Source: a virus
Virus record (IMG/VR): IMGVR_UViG_3300050034_000187
Span: 103,866 to 167,865 of that record
DNA length: 64,000 nucleotides
Strand: one strand, 5' to 3'
Positions within the stretch are counted from its first letter, which is position 1. Every line of letters starts with the position of its first letter. Shown here piece by piece: positions 9,250 to 19,494 of this stretch. Position numbers and translations under genes: made by a program. The notes under the pieces were generated by a model that saw only the letters and a program-made list of their open reading frames with translations, did no database searches and had not been told where the DNA came from.

Positions 9250-11514
9250 CTATGATGTTTCAACGGTCTTAACAAAATGATCAAATGATCCGCATTTTAC
9301 TTTATTAGGATCAGCAGAAGTAACCCATTGTTGGTATACTTGTTGAATCATATCATTGGAAAACATTTGACGATGATTCTTGATATATCCAACAATTTTA
9401 CAATATGGAATATCACGGTGATGCGGGCGAACTTCATCAATTCTCTTTAAAATAGGAGCCATGATATTGTTGTTTTGAACAAACGGAATAATGATAGTTT
9501 CTTTATCTTCTTGATTGCACACTTCAATAACATTTCCCGAAGTATAATAGAAAAAATTATAGTCGGAAAACTCTTTATTAATACCCGGCATATAATAAAG
9601 CTGAGTAATCTTATAAGATGATTCATCAATTTCAAAAATAACTTTACTTTGAGTATCTTTAATAAGAGAATATATCATTTCTCCTACGGCAATTGATACT
9701 TCTCTGTACTGAATAGAATTACTAACAGATTCATTCAATGCAATCATAACTCTCATCTTGTTTATGCCATCTTTTTTATGATTAAATGATGAGCATACAA
9801 TTGATTCAAGATTTGCATCATGTAAAATACTTGCTACTTTTTTCGGTTCAATATTAGAATTGTCAATATCCAATACAACCATTGGATTATATTGGATAAT
9901 ATCTTTATTGGTTCTTCCATTTGCTTTTGCATTCATGAATAGGAGTGCTTCATTCTTGGAAGTGTAAGTACGATTCATACTTTCGAAAAACTCTGCCATC
10001 TCTTTAAATGAAGTAAATGAATAATCATTTTCTGCTAGTTTGCTTGATACTTTTGAATAAAATGAAAATACAATATTCTCTTCAGACGCAGGATTATTTA
10101 CAAAATACTTTTTAATATTCTTTCTTACTCTTGACCGAATAGACAACTGTGCATTGGTAAGAACTTCCTTATTCTTCAGAAAATCATTATATAAAACGTT
10201 TTTTGTAGTCATCTGTTGAACAGAGGCATTGGGAAAAAAGTTATTTTTTAATTCGGTTGCTATCTTTTCGGTGGGAACAAAAATACGATGAAGAAATTTA
10301 TTTGCATTTTCTGTTCGAGCAGATGAACGCATGAATCCCTGATAGTTATGAAGAACCATTCGACGTAGTTGTAATTTATCTGCATGCGGAATATGTTCAA
10401 TTTGCATAATAGAAAGTCTTTCAGGAGTAAAATTATATGCGCCGCATTCCGAATAATTATGAACCTGAGTAAACTTTTCCTTATTCAATCCCTCTGCATT
10501 ATATGGAAGTTGTACTCTTTTCAATTCAGGTATCCAAGTATTGTTCTTATTGTTTTGAACTAAAATTGAATCTTCCCTATTATTCTCTTTTACCAAAGCC
10601 ATATATACATCTAAATTAGACATGGCATTATTATATGACTGCTTATAATAACTTACTGACCATGTATCTCGATGAGAAGCATAATTAATTTCTACTTTTA
10701 AATTATGCTTCTGATTAGAATTATGAGAAGATGGAACTAAATCAAAACCGGCTTGAATTAACATACTGGACATTTGAGAATTCTCAATATCGGCTCCCAT
10801 AATGGTTACACTTTTAAATTTAGTAAACATAGCCATATCAAAAATAGCCCACAGATATAATTTCTTACTTTCCTTATTCATAAAAGTATTCCAATATTCT
10901 TGGGTAGTTTTAATTCTAAAATTCTTTTTTGAAATATACGAATTCAAAGACTTAAATGCTCCGTAAAGGGCATCATCATTGGACCACACTTCTAAATCTT
11001 GCCATGAAACCTCTTTATTAGGTCTAAAATATACAAAGGGAGACTCTTGATTATTAACTTCCATCACATCTTTCAAATAAGTAATAGCAAAATCTTGTGA
11101 TCCTAAATTTCTCGGATCATTAAATTGTAATGTTAAATCATATAAAAACTCCATCTCTTCATCAATATATAAATTCCATTCATTTGAAAACTGCCAGTAT
11201 GTATTTAAAGTAAATAATGACTGGGTAATAATTAGAATTTGAGCACCATTGTGCGATTCCAAATGATTTCTTAAATCAATGGATGCAGAGGTAGATTGTA
11301 GATTGGTAGTATTAATAGCATATACATCCACTTTAATTTTTTTAGAATGACAAAAATCATTAATTCTACTTACATATTCTTTTTGCAAGTCAATTGAAGG
11401 GACAACAAATGCATACTTTTCTTTAGATAATGATGCACCGATACAAGCTTGTTTAATTGCAAATGCAGTTTTTCCAGAACCGCAAAGACCGTTCATATAA
11501 TTAATTGTTTTCAT
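9250..11514 (-). CDS. Helicase-like NTPase fused to an AEP primase-like domain
   Basis: Walker A GLCGSGKT, Walker B YIDEE; C-terminal VLDIDN, SSFNH and KMRVMIAL. Confidence 0.65.
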   Translation of the reverse strand: MKTINYMNGLCGSGKTAFAIKQACIGASLSKEKYAFVVPSIDLQKEYVSRINDFCHSKKIKVDVYAINTTNLQSTSASIDLRNHLESHNGAQILIITQSLFTLNTYWQFSNEWNLYIDEEMEFLYDLTLQFNDPRNLGSQDFAITYLKDVMEVNNQESPFVYFRPNKEVSWQDLEVWSNDDALYGAFKSLNSYISKKNFRIKTTQEYWNTFMNKESKKLYLWAIFDMAMFTKFKSVTIMGADIENSQMSSMLIQAGFDLVPSSHNSNQKHNLKVEINYASHRDTWSVSYYKQSYNNAMSNLDVYMALVKENNREDSILVQNNKNNTWIPELKRVQLPYNAEGLNKEKFTQVHNYSECGAYNFTPERLSIMQIEHIPHADKLQLRRMVLHNYQGFMRSSARTENANKFLHRIFVPTEKIATELKNNFFPNASVQQMTTKNVLYNDFLKNKEVLTNAQLSIRSRVRKNIKKYFVNNPASEENIVFSFYSKVSSKLAENDYSFTSFKEMAEFFESMNRTYTSKNEALLFMNAKANGRTNKDIIQYNPMVVLDIDNSNIEPKKVASILHDANLESIVCSSFNHKKDGINKMRVMIALNESVSNSIQYREVSIAVGEMIYSLIKDTQSKVIFEIDESSYKITQLYYMPGINKEFSDYNFFYYTSGNVIEVCNQEDKETIIIPFVQNNNIMAPILKRIDEVRPHHRDIPYCKIVGYIKNHRQMFSNDMIQQVYQQWVTSADPNKVKCGSFDHFVKTVETS

Positions 11515-11671
11515 TAATTTCCTTTTGTGAATATTATCCTTATATTTAGAGGGCCACTACAGCCCTCTCTTCAAAGGAATAATGATTCATTGAATAGCAA
11601 GTTCAATGAGATACTTTTCATATCTGTAAACAAGTTTATCAAAGAAAAAATGTCATTTCAAATTTTCTTTA

Positions 11672-11700
11672 TTGACAATGCTAGAGTATTTTGGTATATT
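11672..11700 (+). promoter_or_regulatory. sigma70 promoter
   Basis: TTGACA-N17-TATATT. Confidence 0.7.
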
Positions 11701-11718
11701 CAATTAACAGGAGTAATA

Positions 11719-11994
11719 ATGAATATTCCCTATGATAAAAATAATAATATAATTCATGTGGGGGATTGGATTAAGACGAGAACCTTTGCATCTATATTAG
11801 GTCCAGATTCTAATCCAATTCTAGAAAGTGATTATATTATAACTCAAGTAATAGATATTATATTTAACGAATATATTTCAAAAACTGTGGTATATTTTGA
11901 TAATTTATTAGAAGCTTATGATGGAGCAAGAATATCAACTGCATGCGAAGTAATATCCAAAGAAGAAGCAATGCAATGGAAAATGGAAGCATGA
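11719..11994 (+). CDS. ME-tail family small protein (array A)
   Basis: DKNNNIIHVGD N-terminus; ISKEEAMQWKMEA tail. Confidence 0.8.
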   Translation: MNIPYDKNNNIIHVGDWIKTRTFASILGPDSNPILESDYIITQVIDIIFNEYISKTVVYFDNLLEAYDGARISTACEVISKEEAMQWKMEA

Positions 11995-12142
11995 CAGGAA
12001 ACCCGTAAAGATCTATACGAAAAACATGTCGGTCCTAGTTGTCTATAATAATTTACTACACAAGATATAGTGCTTTTAATATAACCAACCCATAATCTTT
12101 TTATATGATATTCGTCCAAAAAATAATTAATTAGGAGAAAGT

Positions 12143-12385
12143 ATGAATGTGATTAAAGATATGAATAGAGTAGAAATTCATATAGGAGATTATTTATGTA
12201 ATTTTGATGCATATTGTGCATATTGTGCATATGTAAAAGATATCGAGGAAGAGGATGACGGAATTCTGCTGCACACTAATTTAAGTTATGTAATATTATA
12301 TGCATGGAAATATAACAATTATGAATTAAAAAATACTATCAAAATATCTGAAGAAGAATATTTGCAATATGTGATGGAGAAATAA
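12143..12385 (+). CDS. ME-tail family small protein (array A)
   Basis: DMNRVEIHIGD; ISEEEYLQYVMEK. Confidence 0.8.
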   Translation: MNVIKDMNRVEIHIGDYLCNFDAYCAYCAYVKDIEEEDDGILLHTNLSYVILYAWKYNNYELKNTIKISEEEYLQYVMEK

Positions 12386-12387
12386 CT

Positions 12388-12651
12388 ATGCGCAAAGTAT
12401 ATGATGTCAAGGGAGAAGAAATTCATATTGGTGATTATTTTTGGCAAGTTCTTAATTGTTTAACTCAGGAGCATGATATGTATGTCTACAAACTCCTTGA
12501 CTGGAAAAATGCCGCGATTGACGGAGAGTATCAACTTCGTTATGTTGGTAAAGTAAATGGAAATGATATCACATTATCATGCACACTAAGTTGGACAGAT
12601 ATTTTAAAATTATCAGAAGAAGAAACCTTGCAATATGTGATGGAGTTATAA
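12388..12651 (+). CDS. ME-tail family small protein (array A)
   Basis: DVKGEEIHIGD; LSEEETLQYVMEL. Confidence 0.8.
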   Translation: MRKVYDVKGEEIHIGDYFWQVLNCLTQEHDMYVYKLLDWKNAAIDGEYQLRYVGKVNGNDITLSCTLSWTDILKLSEEETLQYVMEL

Positions 12652-12653
12652 TT

Positions 12654-12896
12654 ATGAGAAACGTATATGACAAAAATGGTGTTGAAATTCATAATGGAGA
12701 TTTTCTTTTATATTCTTATAAATTAGAGAGTGCGGTATATGCTGTGGTAGAAATGAGAATGATTAATTCTAGCAGCATATGCGTTGCCAACAATGATTAT
12801 CAAGGATTGTATGCGGTTTTATGTAATAATTATAATCTTGAAAATACTTGTAAAATAAGTGAAGAAGAATATTTACAATACTTAATGGAGGAATGA
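12654..12896 (+). CDS. ME-tail family small protein (array A)
   Basis: DKNGVEIHNGD; ISEEEYLQYLMEE. Confidence 0.8.
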   Translation: MRNVYDKNGVEIHNGDFLLYSYKLESAVYAVVEMRMINSSSICVANNDYQGLYAVLCNNYNLENTCKISEEEYLQYLMEE

Positions 12897-13156
12897 TAAT
12901 GATTAAAGTATATGATAAATCTGGTGATGAAATCAATAATGGTGATTTTCTGATATGCAAAGATAAAGGCGGCGAAGAATATTTTGCAGTCACCGATATA
13001 CAGGAACCAAAAGCCATTGATGGAAGTATTTTGATTTCTAAAAATGATTTATATAGTTTGAATGCAATTCCTTCAGAAACTTCAGAAAATTATAAATTAC
13101 GAACTACATATAAAATAAGTGAAGACGAATATCTGCAATATATTATGGAGAAATAA
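12893..13156 (+). CDS. ME-tail family small protein (array A)
   Basis: DKSGDEINNGD; ISEDEYLQYIMEK. Confidence 0.8.
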   Translation: MIMIKVYDKSGDEINNGDFLICKDKGGEEYFAVTDIQEPKAIDGSILISKNDLYSLNAIPSETSENYKLRTTYKISEDEYLQYIMEK

Positions 13157-13352
13157 CTATGCGCAAAATATATGATAAATCTGGCAGATGATGGTACTAA
13201 GTATTTTTTGGATTCTGAGAATGTTGCGGTGATCACGGCGGACGAGTATTATGAAAATGTAGCTTCCTTGCAAAAGGTGGCAACATTTTAATATAATTTT
13301 CTTGCGTTTTCAACAACAATGTTGTATAATTATTTTATTGATTGGAGAGAAC

Positions 13353-13553
13353 ATGACGATTCATCGGATGACGCAGCTTACCACGGTTTATGATTATTTC
13401 AAGACGAAGGCAGAACGTATTCATAAGACTGCCTATAATCAGAGGATGATTGGAAATGTTGGCTTTGCAGATGAACGCGAATCTCGTGCCAATCGCTATG
13501 ATAGGATTGCCGGAAAGATTCTTCATCGTCTTGAGACTGATATTGTAGAATAA
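13353..13553 (+). CDS. Hypothetical protein
   Basis: Promoter-like TTGCGT..TATAAT and GGAG RBS precede the ATG. Confidence 0.6.
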   Translation: MTIHRMTQLTTVYDYFKTKAERIHKTAYNQRMIGNVGFADERESRANRYDRIAGKILHRLETDIVE

Positions 13554-13559
13554 TATCAG

Positions 13560-13588
13560 TTGACATCACCAGAATTTTTTGGTATTAT
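13560..13588 (+). promoter_or_regulatory. sigma70 promoter of the MTase gene
   Basis: TTGACA-N17-TATTAT. Confidence 0.75.
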
Positions 13589-13616
13589 TAAATAGTAATC
13601 AAGAAAAGGAGTAATT

Positions 13617-14810
13617 ATGAAATTCAGAGTTTTTAATGATGTGCCGAAAGAGCAAGAAAAAGAGGTCACATTCGCGCAAAAAAACTTGACAGGCTTCCCG
13701 CCATTAACAGGCATCGAAACGTTCTGCGGTGCTGGGGGAATGTCTTTGGGATTGATTCGTGCCGGGGTCGATGTGCGCTTGGCGTTCGATCTAAACCCCA
13801 AGGCCGTTGAAACCTACAACCGCAACATTGCCAATCACTGCCGGGTTATGGATGCCCGCAACGTTACAGGCAGTCAACTCTTAGAGTTGGCGGGGCTTTC
13901 TAGCGTTGGGGTAGATGTAATCAGCGGTGGGCCACCATGCCAAGGCTTCTCCAAGCAAAAGCGAGGGGCGCACCTTCTTTCGGATAAACGCAATTCTCTA
14001 GTTCTTGAGTTTGCTCGGATCGTTGAAGAAACCCATGCACGAGCATTCATCTTCGAGAACGTCGAAATTTTCGGACAAAAGCGCGGTGGCGAACTCATTG
14101 ATGAGATTCGCCATACACTTGCTAACTATCAGATTTACACCTACTTTGTTTCCTCGTCAGATTTCGGGCTTGCCCAAAAGCGCGGTAGATTTCTGATGAT
14201 CGGAATCGACCGGGCGGAAAGTGACATTATTCCAGTCCTTGAGGTTACAAACAAGATGAGGACGGTTAGAGATGTCATAGGCAATCTTCCGGCCCCGCCA
14301 GCCGACTACACAGAGCACCCTCTCTACCCTAACCACATGAAATGTAAGATTACGAAGCTCAACGAAGAGCGTTTTTCTCATGTCCCGCCCGGGGGTGGTT
14401 GGCAGGATATACCTCAGTCTTTGCGCCTTCCTTGCCATCAAAACGCAGACATTAAGAGTGGCGGGTGGCCCGATGTCTATGGCCGTTTGGTTTGGGATGG
14501 GCAATGCCCCACGATTACGGCGGGGTTTGACAGTTTCACACGAGGTCGCTACGGACACCCGGAACAGAACCGGTCTTTGACCCTTCGTGAGGGCGCGCGC
14601 CTACAGGGATTTCCTGACGATTTTCGCTTTTATGGGACGCGCCATGATGTCCGCCTTCAGATTGGTAATGCTGTTGCGCCTCCCGTGGCGAAAGCGGCGG
14701 CGGAGGCCGTCCAAAGAGCGCTCAATGGGGTGAAGCAACGTCCTGCCTTGTATCAATTGCCAGAGGAAACCCTGATGGAGATCAGCCAGCTTTCTCTTGC
14801 CCGGAAGTGA
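13617..14810 (+). CDS. dcm: DNA (cytosine-5) methyltransferase, orphan
   Basis: FCGAGG, GGPPCQGFS, FENV, QKRGR, REGARLQGFPDDF and QIGNAV motifs. Confidence 0.95.
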   Translation: MKFRVFNDVPKEQEKEVTFAQKNLTGFPPLTGIETFCGAGGMSLGLIRAGVDVRLAFDLNPKAVETYNRNIANHCRVMDARNVTGSQLLELAGLSSVGVDVISGGPPCQGFSKQKRGAHLLSDKRNSLVLEFARIVEETHARAFIFENVEIFGQKRGGELIDEIRHTLANYQIYTYFVSSSDFGLAQKRGRFLMIGIDRAESDIIPVLEVTNKMRTVRDVIGNLPAPPADYTEHPLYPNHMKCKITKLNEERFSHVPPGGGWQDIPQSLRLPCHQNADIKSGGWPDVYGRLVWDGQCPTITAGFDSFTRGRYGHPEQNRSLTLREGARLQGFPDDFRFYGTRHDVRLQIGNAVAPPVAKAAAEAVQRALNGVKQRPALYQLPEETLMEISQLSLARK

Positions 14811-14968
14811 GCAGTATTTATCGAAAGTCTCTGGGAAATGCTGTCATGGAATTTAACGAAGACATACTTTCGCTTGATGCACCAGCCAATCAAGATTTTC
14901 AGCTTGGTATGAGAGAAGGACAACGAGATGCTGCCAGAATGACACTGAGACAAATCGAACGATTTTAC
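14807..14968 (+). pseudogene. Small ORF interrupted by IS605-family element
   Basis: Removing 14969-16736 gives an in-frame ...RFY-TELNSH* ending. Confidence 0.55.
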
Positions 14969-15091
14969 CACAACGTAGCTGAAAGCCCCTAGTTTCAACT
15001 ATGGGGATGAAAGCGGCTTCGTCGTTCCCTTCTTTTTGTGATATTTCTTTAATTTGTTGTACTATATAGCTAACTGTGATATACTACATAT

Positions 15092-15508
15092 ATGAATATT
15101 AAATATAAGTCTAACAACAATATTGTCTATTCCTGCAAATATCATGTAGTCTGGTGTCCTAAGTATCGTAGGAAGGTTTTGACTGGCAAAATTGAAGTTC
15201 GTTTGAAAGAATTAATACAAGAAACATGTATTGAACTTCAATCAGAATTAATTGAACTAGAAATAATGTCAGACCATGTACATCTTCTTATAGAGGTTGA
15301 TCCTCAATTTGGAGTCCATAAAGTCATTAAAGTCATTAAAGCCATTAAAGGTAAAACATCAAGAATACTCAGAAAGGAGTTTCCAATACTAACATCCAAA
15401 ATTCCTACATTATGGACAAACTCATATTTTATATCTACCGTTGGTGGTGCGCCATTAGAAATAGTTAAGCAATATATTGAGAATCAGAAAACATCAGGAA
15501 GGAAGTGA
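15092..15508 (+). CDS. tnpA: IS200/IS605 HUH (Y1) transposase
   Basis: YHVVWCPKYRR, DHVHLL, LWTNSYF and YIENQ. Confidence 0.95.
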   Translation: MNIKYKSNNNIVYSCKYHVVWCPKYRRKVLTGKIEVRLKELIQETCIELQSELIELEIMSDHVHLLIEVDPQFGVHKVIKVIKAIKGKTSRILRKEFPILTSKIPTLWTNSYFISTVGGAPLEIVKQYIENQKTSGRK

Positions 15509-15512
15509 TAAT

Positions 15513-16610
15513 ATGCAGATAACAACACAAGTCAAACTACTTCCAACTCCCGAACAAATACTCTTGATTAATAGCACCATGCAAGAGTATATCAGTACTG
15601 CCAACAACATAGTTAATGATTATGTTGTTGGTGACAAAGGAACAAAGCATACATCTAAAACCGTTATTGCTAACTTGCCAAGTGCCTTGAAGAACCAAGC
15701 CATTCAAGATGCTAAAAGTATTTTCAAGAAGTACACTAAGAAGCTGAAAGCTAATGAAAAGAAAGAAACTGACAAACAAAAAATCATCAAAGTTCCAATT
15801 CTCAAAAAGCCTATAGCCGTATGGAATAATCAGAACTATGCTATCAAATTTAGCTATATAACCTTTCCTGTTTGGCTTAATGGCAAGTCCACTAGAATTT
15901 TAGTTAAAGCCGTCATAACAGACCATCAAGCGAATCTAATAACCAATAAACTAGGCACTCTACGAATAACTAAAAAGTTAGGGAAGTATATTGCCCAAAT
16001 TGCCGTTGAAGTTGAACCAATACTATCTACTGGAACTATCGCTATGGGAATAGACTTAGGCTTGAAGATACCTGCTGTAGCGGTAACTGAGAGCGGTAAG
16101 ACTAAATTCATTGGCAATGGTCGGCAGAATAAATACATGAAACGTAAAAATCGTGCTACTCGTAAAAAACTAGGCAAGTTGAAGAAACAAAAAGCAATCA
16201 ACAAACTAGATAACAAAGAACAACGATGGATGCAAGATGCCGACCATAAAGTAAGTCGTCAATTGGTCAATTTCGCAGTAACTAATAATGTTGCAGTAAT
16301 TCGACTAGAAAAACTATCTGGCATACGTCAGACGGCAAGAACAAGCCGTAAAAACGCAAAGAATCTTCACACATGGTCATTCTACCGATTAGCTAATTTT
16401 ATCGAATATAAGGCAATTTTAGAGGGTATTAAGGTTGAATATGTCAATCCTAAATATACTAGTCAGACCTGTCCTGCCTGTGGTGAAAAAAATAAGGCTA
16501 ATGATAGAAAGTATAAGTGTGGATGCGGTTATAAGAAACACCGCGACATGGTGGGTGCAATCAATATCATTTCTGCACCTGTGGTAGATGGTAAAAGTCT
16601 ATCAGCCTAG
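15513..16610 (+). CDS. tnpB: RNA-guided endonuclease TnpB
   Basis: GIDLG, RLEKL and HRD catalytic triad; zinc finger CPACG. Confidence 0.95.
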   Translation: MQITTQVKLLPTPEQILLINSTMQEYISTANNIVNDYVVGDKGTKHTSKTVIANLPSALKNQAIQDAKSIFKKYTKKLKANEKKETDKQKIIKVPILKKPIAVWNNQNYAIKFSYITFPVWLNGKSTRILVKAVITDHQANLITNKLGTLRITKKLGKYIAQIAVEVEPILSTGTIAMGIDLGLKIPAVAVTESGKTKFIGNGRQNKYMKRKNRATRKKLGKLKKQKAINKLDNKEQRWMQDADHKVSRQLVNFAVTNNVAVIRLEKLSGIRQTARTSRKNAKNLHTWSFYRLANFIEYKAILEGIKVEYVNPKYTSQTCPACGEKNKANDRKYKCGCGYKKHRDMVGAINIISAPVVDGKSLSA

Positions 16611-16768
16611 TCTGCTATATGCACTGGACTAGGAAGGGTAATGGCATACCCTCAACTTGGGTCATACTTGCCTACTGGAAACAGACTGGCATTTAATCAC
16701 CAAGAATCCCCCAGATTCATCTGTGGGGAGTGTCAAACAGAGTTAAATAGTCACTAAGGAGAATAAGC

Positions 16769-17095
16769 ATGAAGAAGATTTTTGATTGGGACGAAGATAT
16801 TCTAGAAAATGAAGAAGATGCGATTGCCCGCGTAATTGAAAGTTTTAGTTGTCCGGGAGGATTGGATGATGCTGAATTGCATTATGCAGTATATGGTATT
16901 GAGGATTACGCTGACGGCTCAGCCGAAGTAGTTTTTGAGCGGGGGGGAAAGTTATTTGCTGTATATGGCAGTCATTGCTCTTGCTACGGTTTGGAAGATC
17001 AATGGGAACCACACGAGACGGATTGGGAAACATTAGCAATGCGTTCTGATGAACTTGGTGCATATGCAAAATTTATGATTTCTAGCAAGAACTAG
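16769..17095 (+). CDS. Hypothetical phage protein
   Basis: AAGGAG RBS; GSHCSCYGLE motif. Confidence 0.7.
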   Translation: MKKIFDWDEDILENEEDAIARVIESFSCPGGLDDAELHYAVYGIEDYADGSAEVVFERGGKLFAVYGSHCSCYGLEDQWEPHETDWETLAMRSDELGAYAKFMISSKN

Positions 17096-17107
17096 AAAGG
17101 ATATTAT

Positions 17108-17416
17108 ATGTCATTTAATTCAGATACTTCAATTAATTTTGAATGTTATGCACTTTTTAATTATGCGCATTTATATGTGAACTATCATACTGATGAGGCA
17201 AAGCAAGAAGTCATTCGATTATTGACTCCATTTTTGGATAATGCCGAGAATATCTCAGACATTCGTTTTGATACTAATGGCGGCTTACTTATTGTTCGGC
17301 CTCCATTTCTTCCAGAATGGCATGAGAGGGTGTTCCGTATTCCAGAAGAAGTGTCACATGGTGGATCGTTGAAGGGGTTTTTCGATAGCATTCATGATGG
17401 TGTTTGTGTTGATTGA
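17108..17416 (+). CDS. Hypothetical protein
   Basis: RBS and operon packing. Confidence 0.6.
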   Translation: MSFNSDTSINFECYALFNYAHLYVNYHTDEAKQEVIRLLTPFLDNAENISDIRFDTNGGLLIVRPPFLPEWHERVFRIPEEVSHGGSLKGFFDSIHDGVCVD

Positions 17417-17466
17417 CAATTGATTTAAATTTTGGTATTATAGATTCATTGGTCGAGGAGAAACAG

Positions 17467-17811
17467 ATGATTGGAAAAATTATCAAAGACGCGTACAAAC
17501 AAAAGTACGGAGGATATCCAGTTCTGCATATCGAAGAGATATATCGTGGTGAGGATTATGAAGGAAAAAGCGGCGGTGAATTTTACATTGATATTGCTAA
17601 GTTAGAATCTATTGGGGATTCTGAACTGCGATATGTAGAGGGGATTCTACGGATTCCTTTAAATAAGGGAACAAAGGATAGCAGAACTTTTGAAACAGAA
17701 GCATCCGCAAAATATTCTTTTTCAGATGAAGAGGAATGGTGGAGGAATTCAATTTCCTATGATCATAAGAATAGGATGATTATTTACATTGATGTTACCT
17801 TGACACTTTAA
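17467..17811 (+). CDS. Hypothetical protein
   Basis: GAGGAG RBS before ATG 17467. Confidence 0.6.
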   Translation: MIGKIIKDAYKQKYGGYPVLHIEEIYRGEDYEGKSGGEFYIDIAKLESIGDSELRYVEGILRIPLNKGTKDSRTFETEASAKYSFSDEEEWWRNSISYDHKNRMIIYIDVTLTL

Positions 17812-17830
17812 TTGAAAGGGGATTTATTAC

Positions 17831-18733
17831 ATGGGAAAGACAAATTGGGGAGTTGTAATCGGACGATTTCAGTTGGATAATCTGACAGAAGCGCATAAGC
17901 TTCTTCTAGCAAAGGTTTCATCAAAGCATCCTCGGGTGGTTGTATTTATTGGAGTGCGGGCAGGTTGTTCAACTTCAAATGACCCTTTGGATTATGCAAC
18001 CCGAGAGAAGATGATTCGAGCAGAAGTTCCGAATGCTATTATCTCTCCACTTCGAGACGAGAAGTATGATGAGGATTGGTCACGTAATCTTGACAATAAG
18101 ATTCTTGAAATTACAGGATCAATTCCCGCAGATATTACTCTTTATGGTGGCAGGGATAGTTTTGCAACAAGTTATCTTGGACGATTTTCCGTAAAGGAAT
18201 TGGAGCTTGAAGTACCCATTGAAATTTCTGCAAGTAAGGTTCGAGCATTCATCACAGACAATGTGATGAGTTCAAGTGATTTTCGAGCAGGGGCAATTTA
18301 TGCTCTTCAGCAAAATTTTCCGAAGGTTTATACCACGGTTGATATTGCGCCAATTCACGGTGATGAAATTCTGCTAGGAAAGAAGAAGATGGATCGTGGT
18401 TGGCGCTTTCCGGGCGGATTTGTAGAAGTTCAAAGTGAAGATAGCTCTCTTGAAGAAAATGCTAAGCGAGAACTTCAAGAAGAGACTGCGTTGAGCGTTA
18501 GTTCTATCCATTATATTACTTCTCATGTGATAAATGATTGGCGATATAAGGGAAGTCCAGATAATATTATGACAACCTTTTTTCTTGCTCATACTACCGA
18601 TCTTGCTGCAAGGGCCTCCGATGATCTTGATTCTGTGAAGTGGTTCAAGCTTGCTGATGTAAATGAAGATATGTTCGAAGGGGAACATGCGCAACTTTGG
18701 AAGGCTCTGAAAAGTTATTTGGATAAGGAGTAA
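17831..18733 (+). CDS. nadM: Bifunctional NMN adenylyltransferase/Nudix ADP-ribose pyrophosphatase
   Basis: IGRFQ..TEAH, NDPLDYATR, ISASKVR, TTVD, FPGGFV and RELQEET. Confidence 0.9.
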   Translation: MGKTNWGVVIGRFQLDNLTEAHKLLLAKVSSKHPRVVVFIGVRAGCSTSNDPLDYATREKMIRAEVPNAIISPLRDEKYDEDWSRNLDNKILEITGSIPADITLYGGRDSFATSYLGRFSVKELELEVPIEISASKVRAFITDNVMSSSDFRAGAIYALQQNFPKVYTTVDIAPIHGDEILLGKKKMDRGWRFPGGFVEVQSEDSSLEENAKRELQEETALSVSSIHYITSHVINDWRYKGSPDNIMTTFFLAHTTDLAARASDDLDSVKWFKLADVNEDMFEGEHAQLWKALKSYLDKE

Positions 18734-18736
18734 TTT

Positions 18737-19063
18737 ATGCATAATAGGATTTGGTTTGCGGTGATGATATTTATGTTGTTGACTATCATCACCGGATGTA
18801 AAGATACTTCGGTTGTCGATGGAACACTATTATATAGGAGTATTGATCCCGCCCACGATGTAATGGTTATGAAGTCGGCTGGAAAACTTCAGTATGTTGA
18901 AACAGATCATATTGATGCCCGATATTATATTACCGTGGCAGGAATAAATTCGTCCGGAAAACATGTGCAAGAGAGTTTGGGAGTTCCAAAAGAATTCTAT
19001 GACTCTGCTCGGGCAGGAAATCATTTTGTATATTCAAATAAGCATTATTGGTGGAGTAAGTGA
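18737..19063 (+). CDS. Putative lipoprotein
   Basis: Hydrophobic signal ending in ITGC. Confidence 0.6.
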   Translation: MHNRIWFAVMIFMLLTIITGCKDTSVVDGTLLYRSIDPAHDVMVMKSAGKLQYVETDHIDARYYITVAGINSSGKHVQESLGVPKEFYDSARAGNHFVYSNKHYWWSK

Positions 19064-19201
19064 TATATTCTCAAAATGGATTTTTTCAAAGAGCAAGAGA
19101 AGTACATGGCAAAAAGTATCTTTGTGATAAGATGAATTGAAATAAAATTATTATTATGTGTCCAATTTATTTCAATTTTAAAGTTAGTACAGGAGGATAT
19201 T

Positions 19202-19447
19202 ATGAATCTATTCAAGAAAACTATTACCAAGATTTGCGGAGATTACAAACGAGTGCATAAGTGTACTCGTTGTGGCGCGGTAAATGCTAATTTAACCATA
19301 GATATTTGCTGGTCCTGTGGTAGCAATAGTAATTATTTTGTTGATACGGTTGCTCGGCATGTTACCGAATCTGTCTATGAATGGTGGAAGCCATTTTCTT
19401 ATTCTTCTGGAGAATATTATTGGGAAGAATCTCCATATCAAGATTAA
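19202..19447 (+). CDS. Small zinc-ribbon protein
   Basis: CTRCG ... CWSCG; GGAGG RBS. Confidence 0.65.
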   Translation: MNLFKKTITKICGDYKRVHKCTRCGAVNANLTIDICWSCGSNSNYFVDTVARHVTESVYEWWKPFSYSSGEYYWEESPYQD

Positions 19448-19494
19448 TTGCACGCAAAATATGTGCTATAATTAATAATGAAAAGGAGAAATAT

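Larger units (their letters stand above)
14969..16736 (+). mobile_element. IS200/IS605-family element (tnpA+tnpB), target TTAC
   Basis: LE guide AAAG plus hairpin after TTAC; RE guide GAAT plus hairpin ending TCAA, matching the IS608 guide rule. Confidence 0.9.

Noticed and set aside
12208-12233. TGCATATTG triplication (AYCAYCAY)
   Set aside because: In-frame slippage repeat with no evidence of function
15317-15350. 9-bp tandem repeat in tnpA (KVIKVIKAIK)
   Set aside because: Simple in-frame duplication
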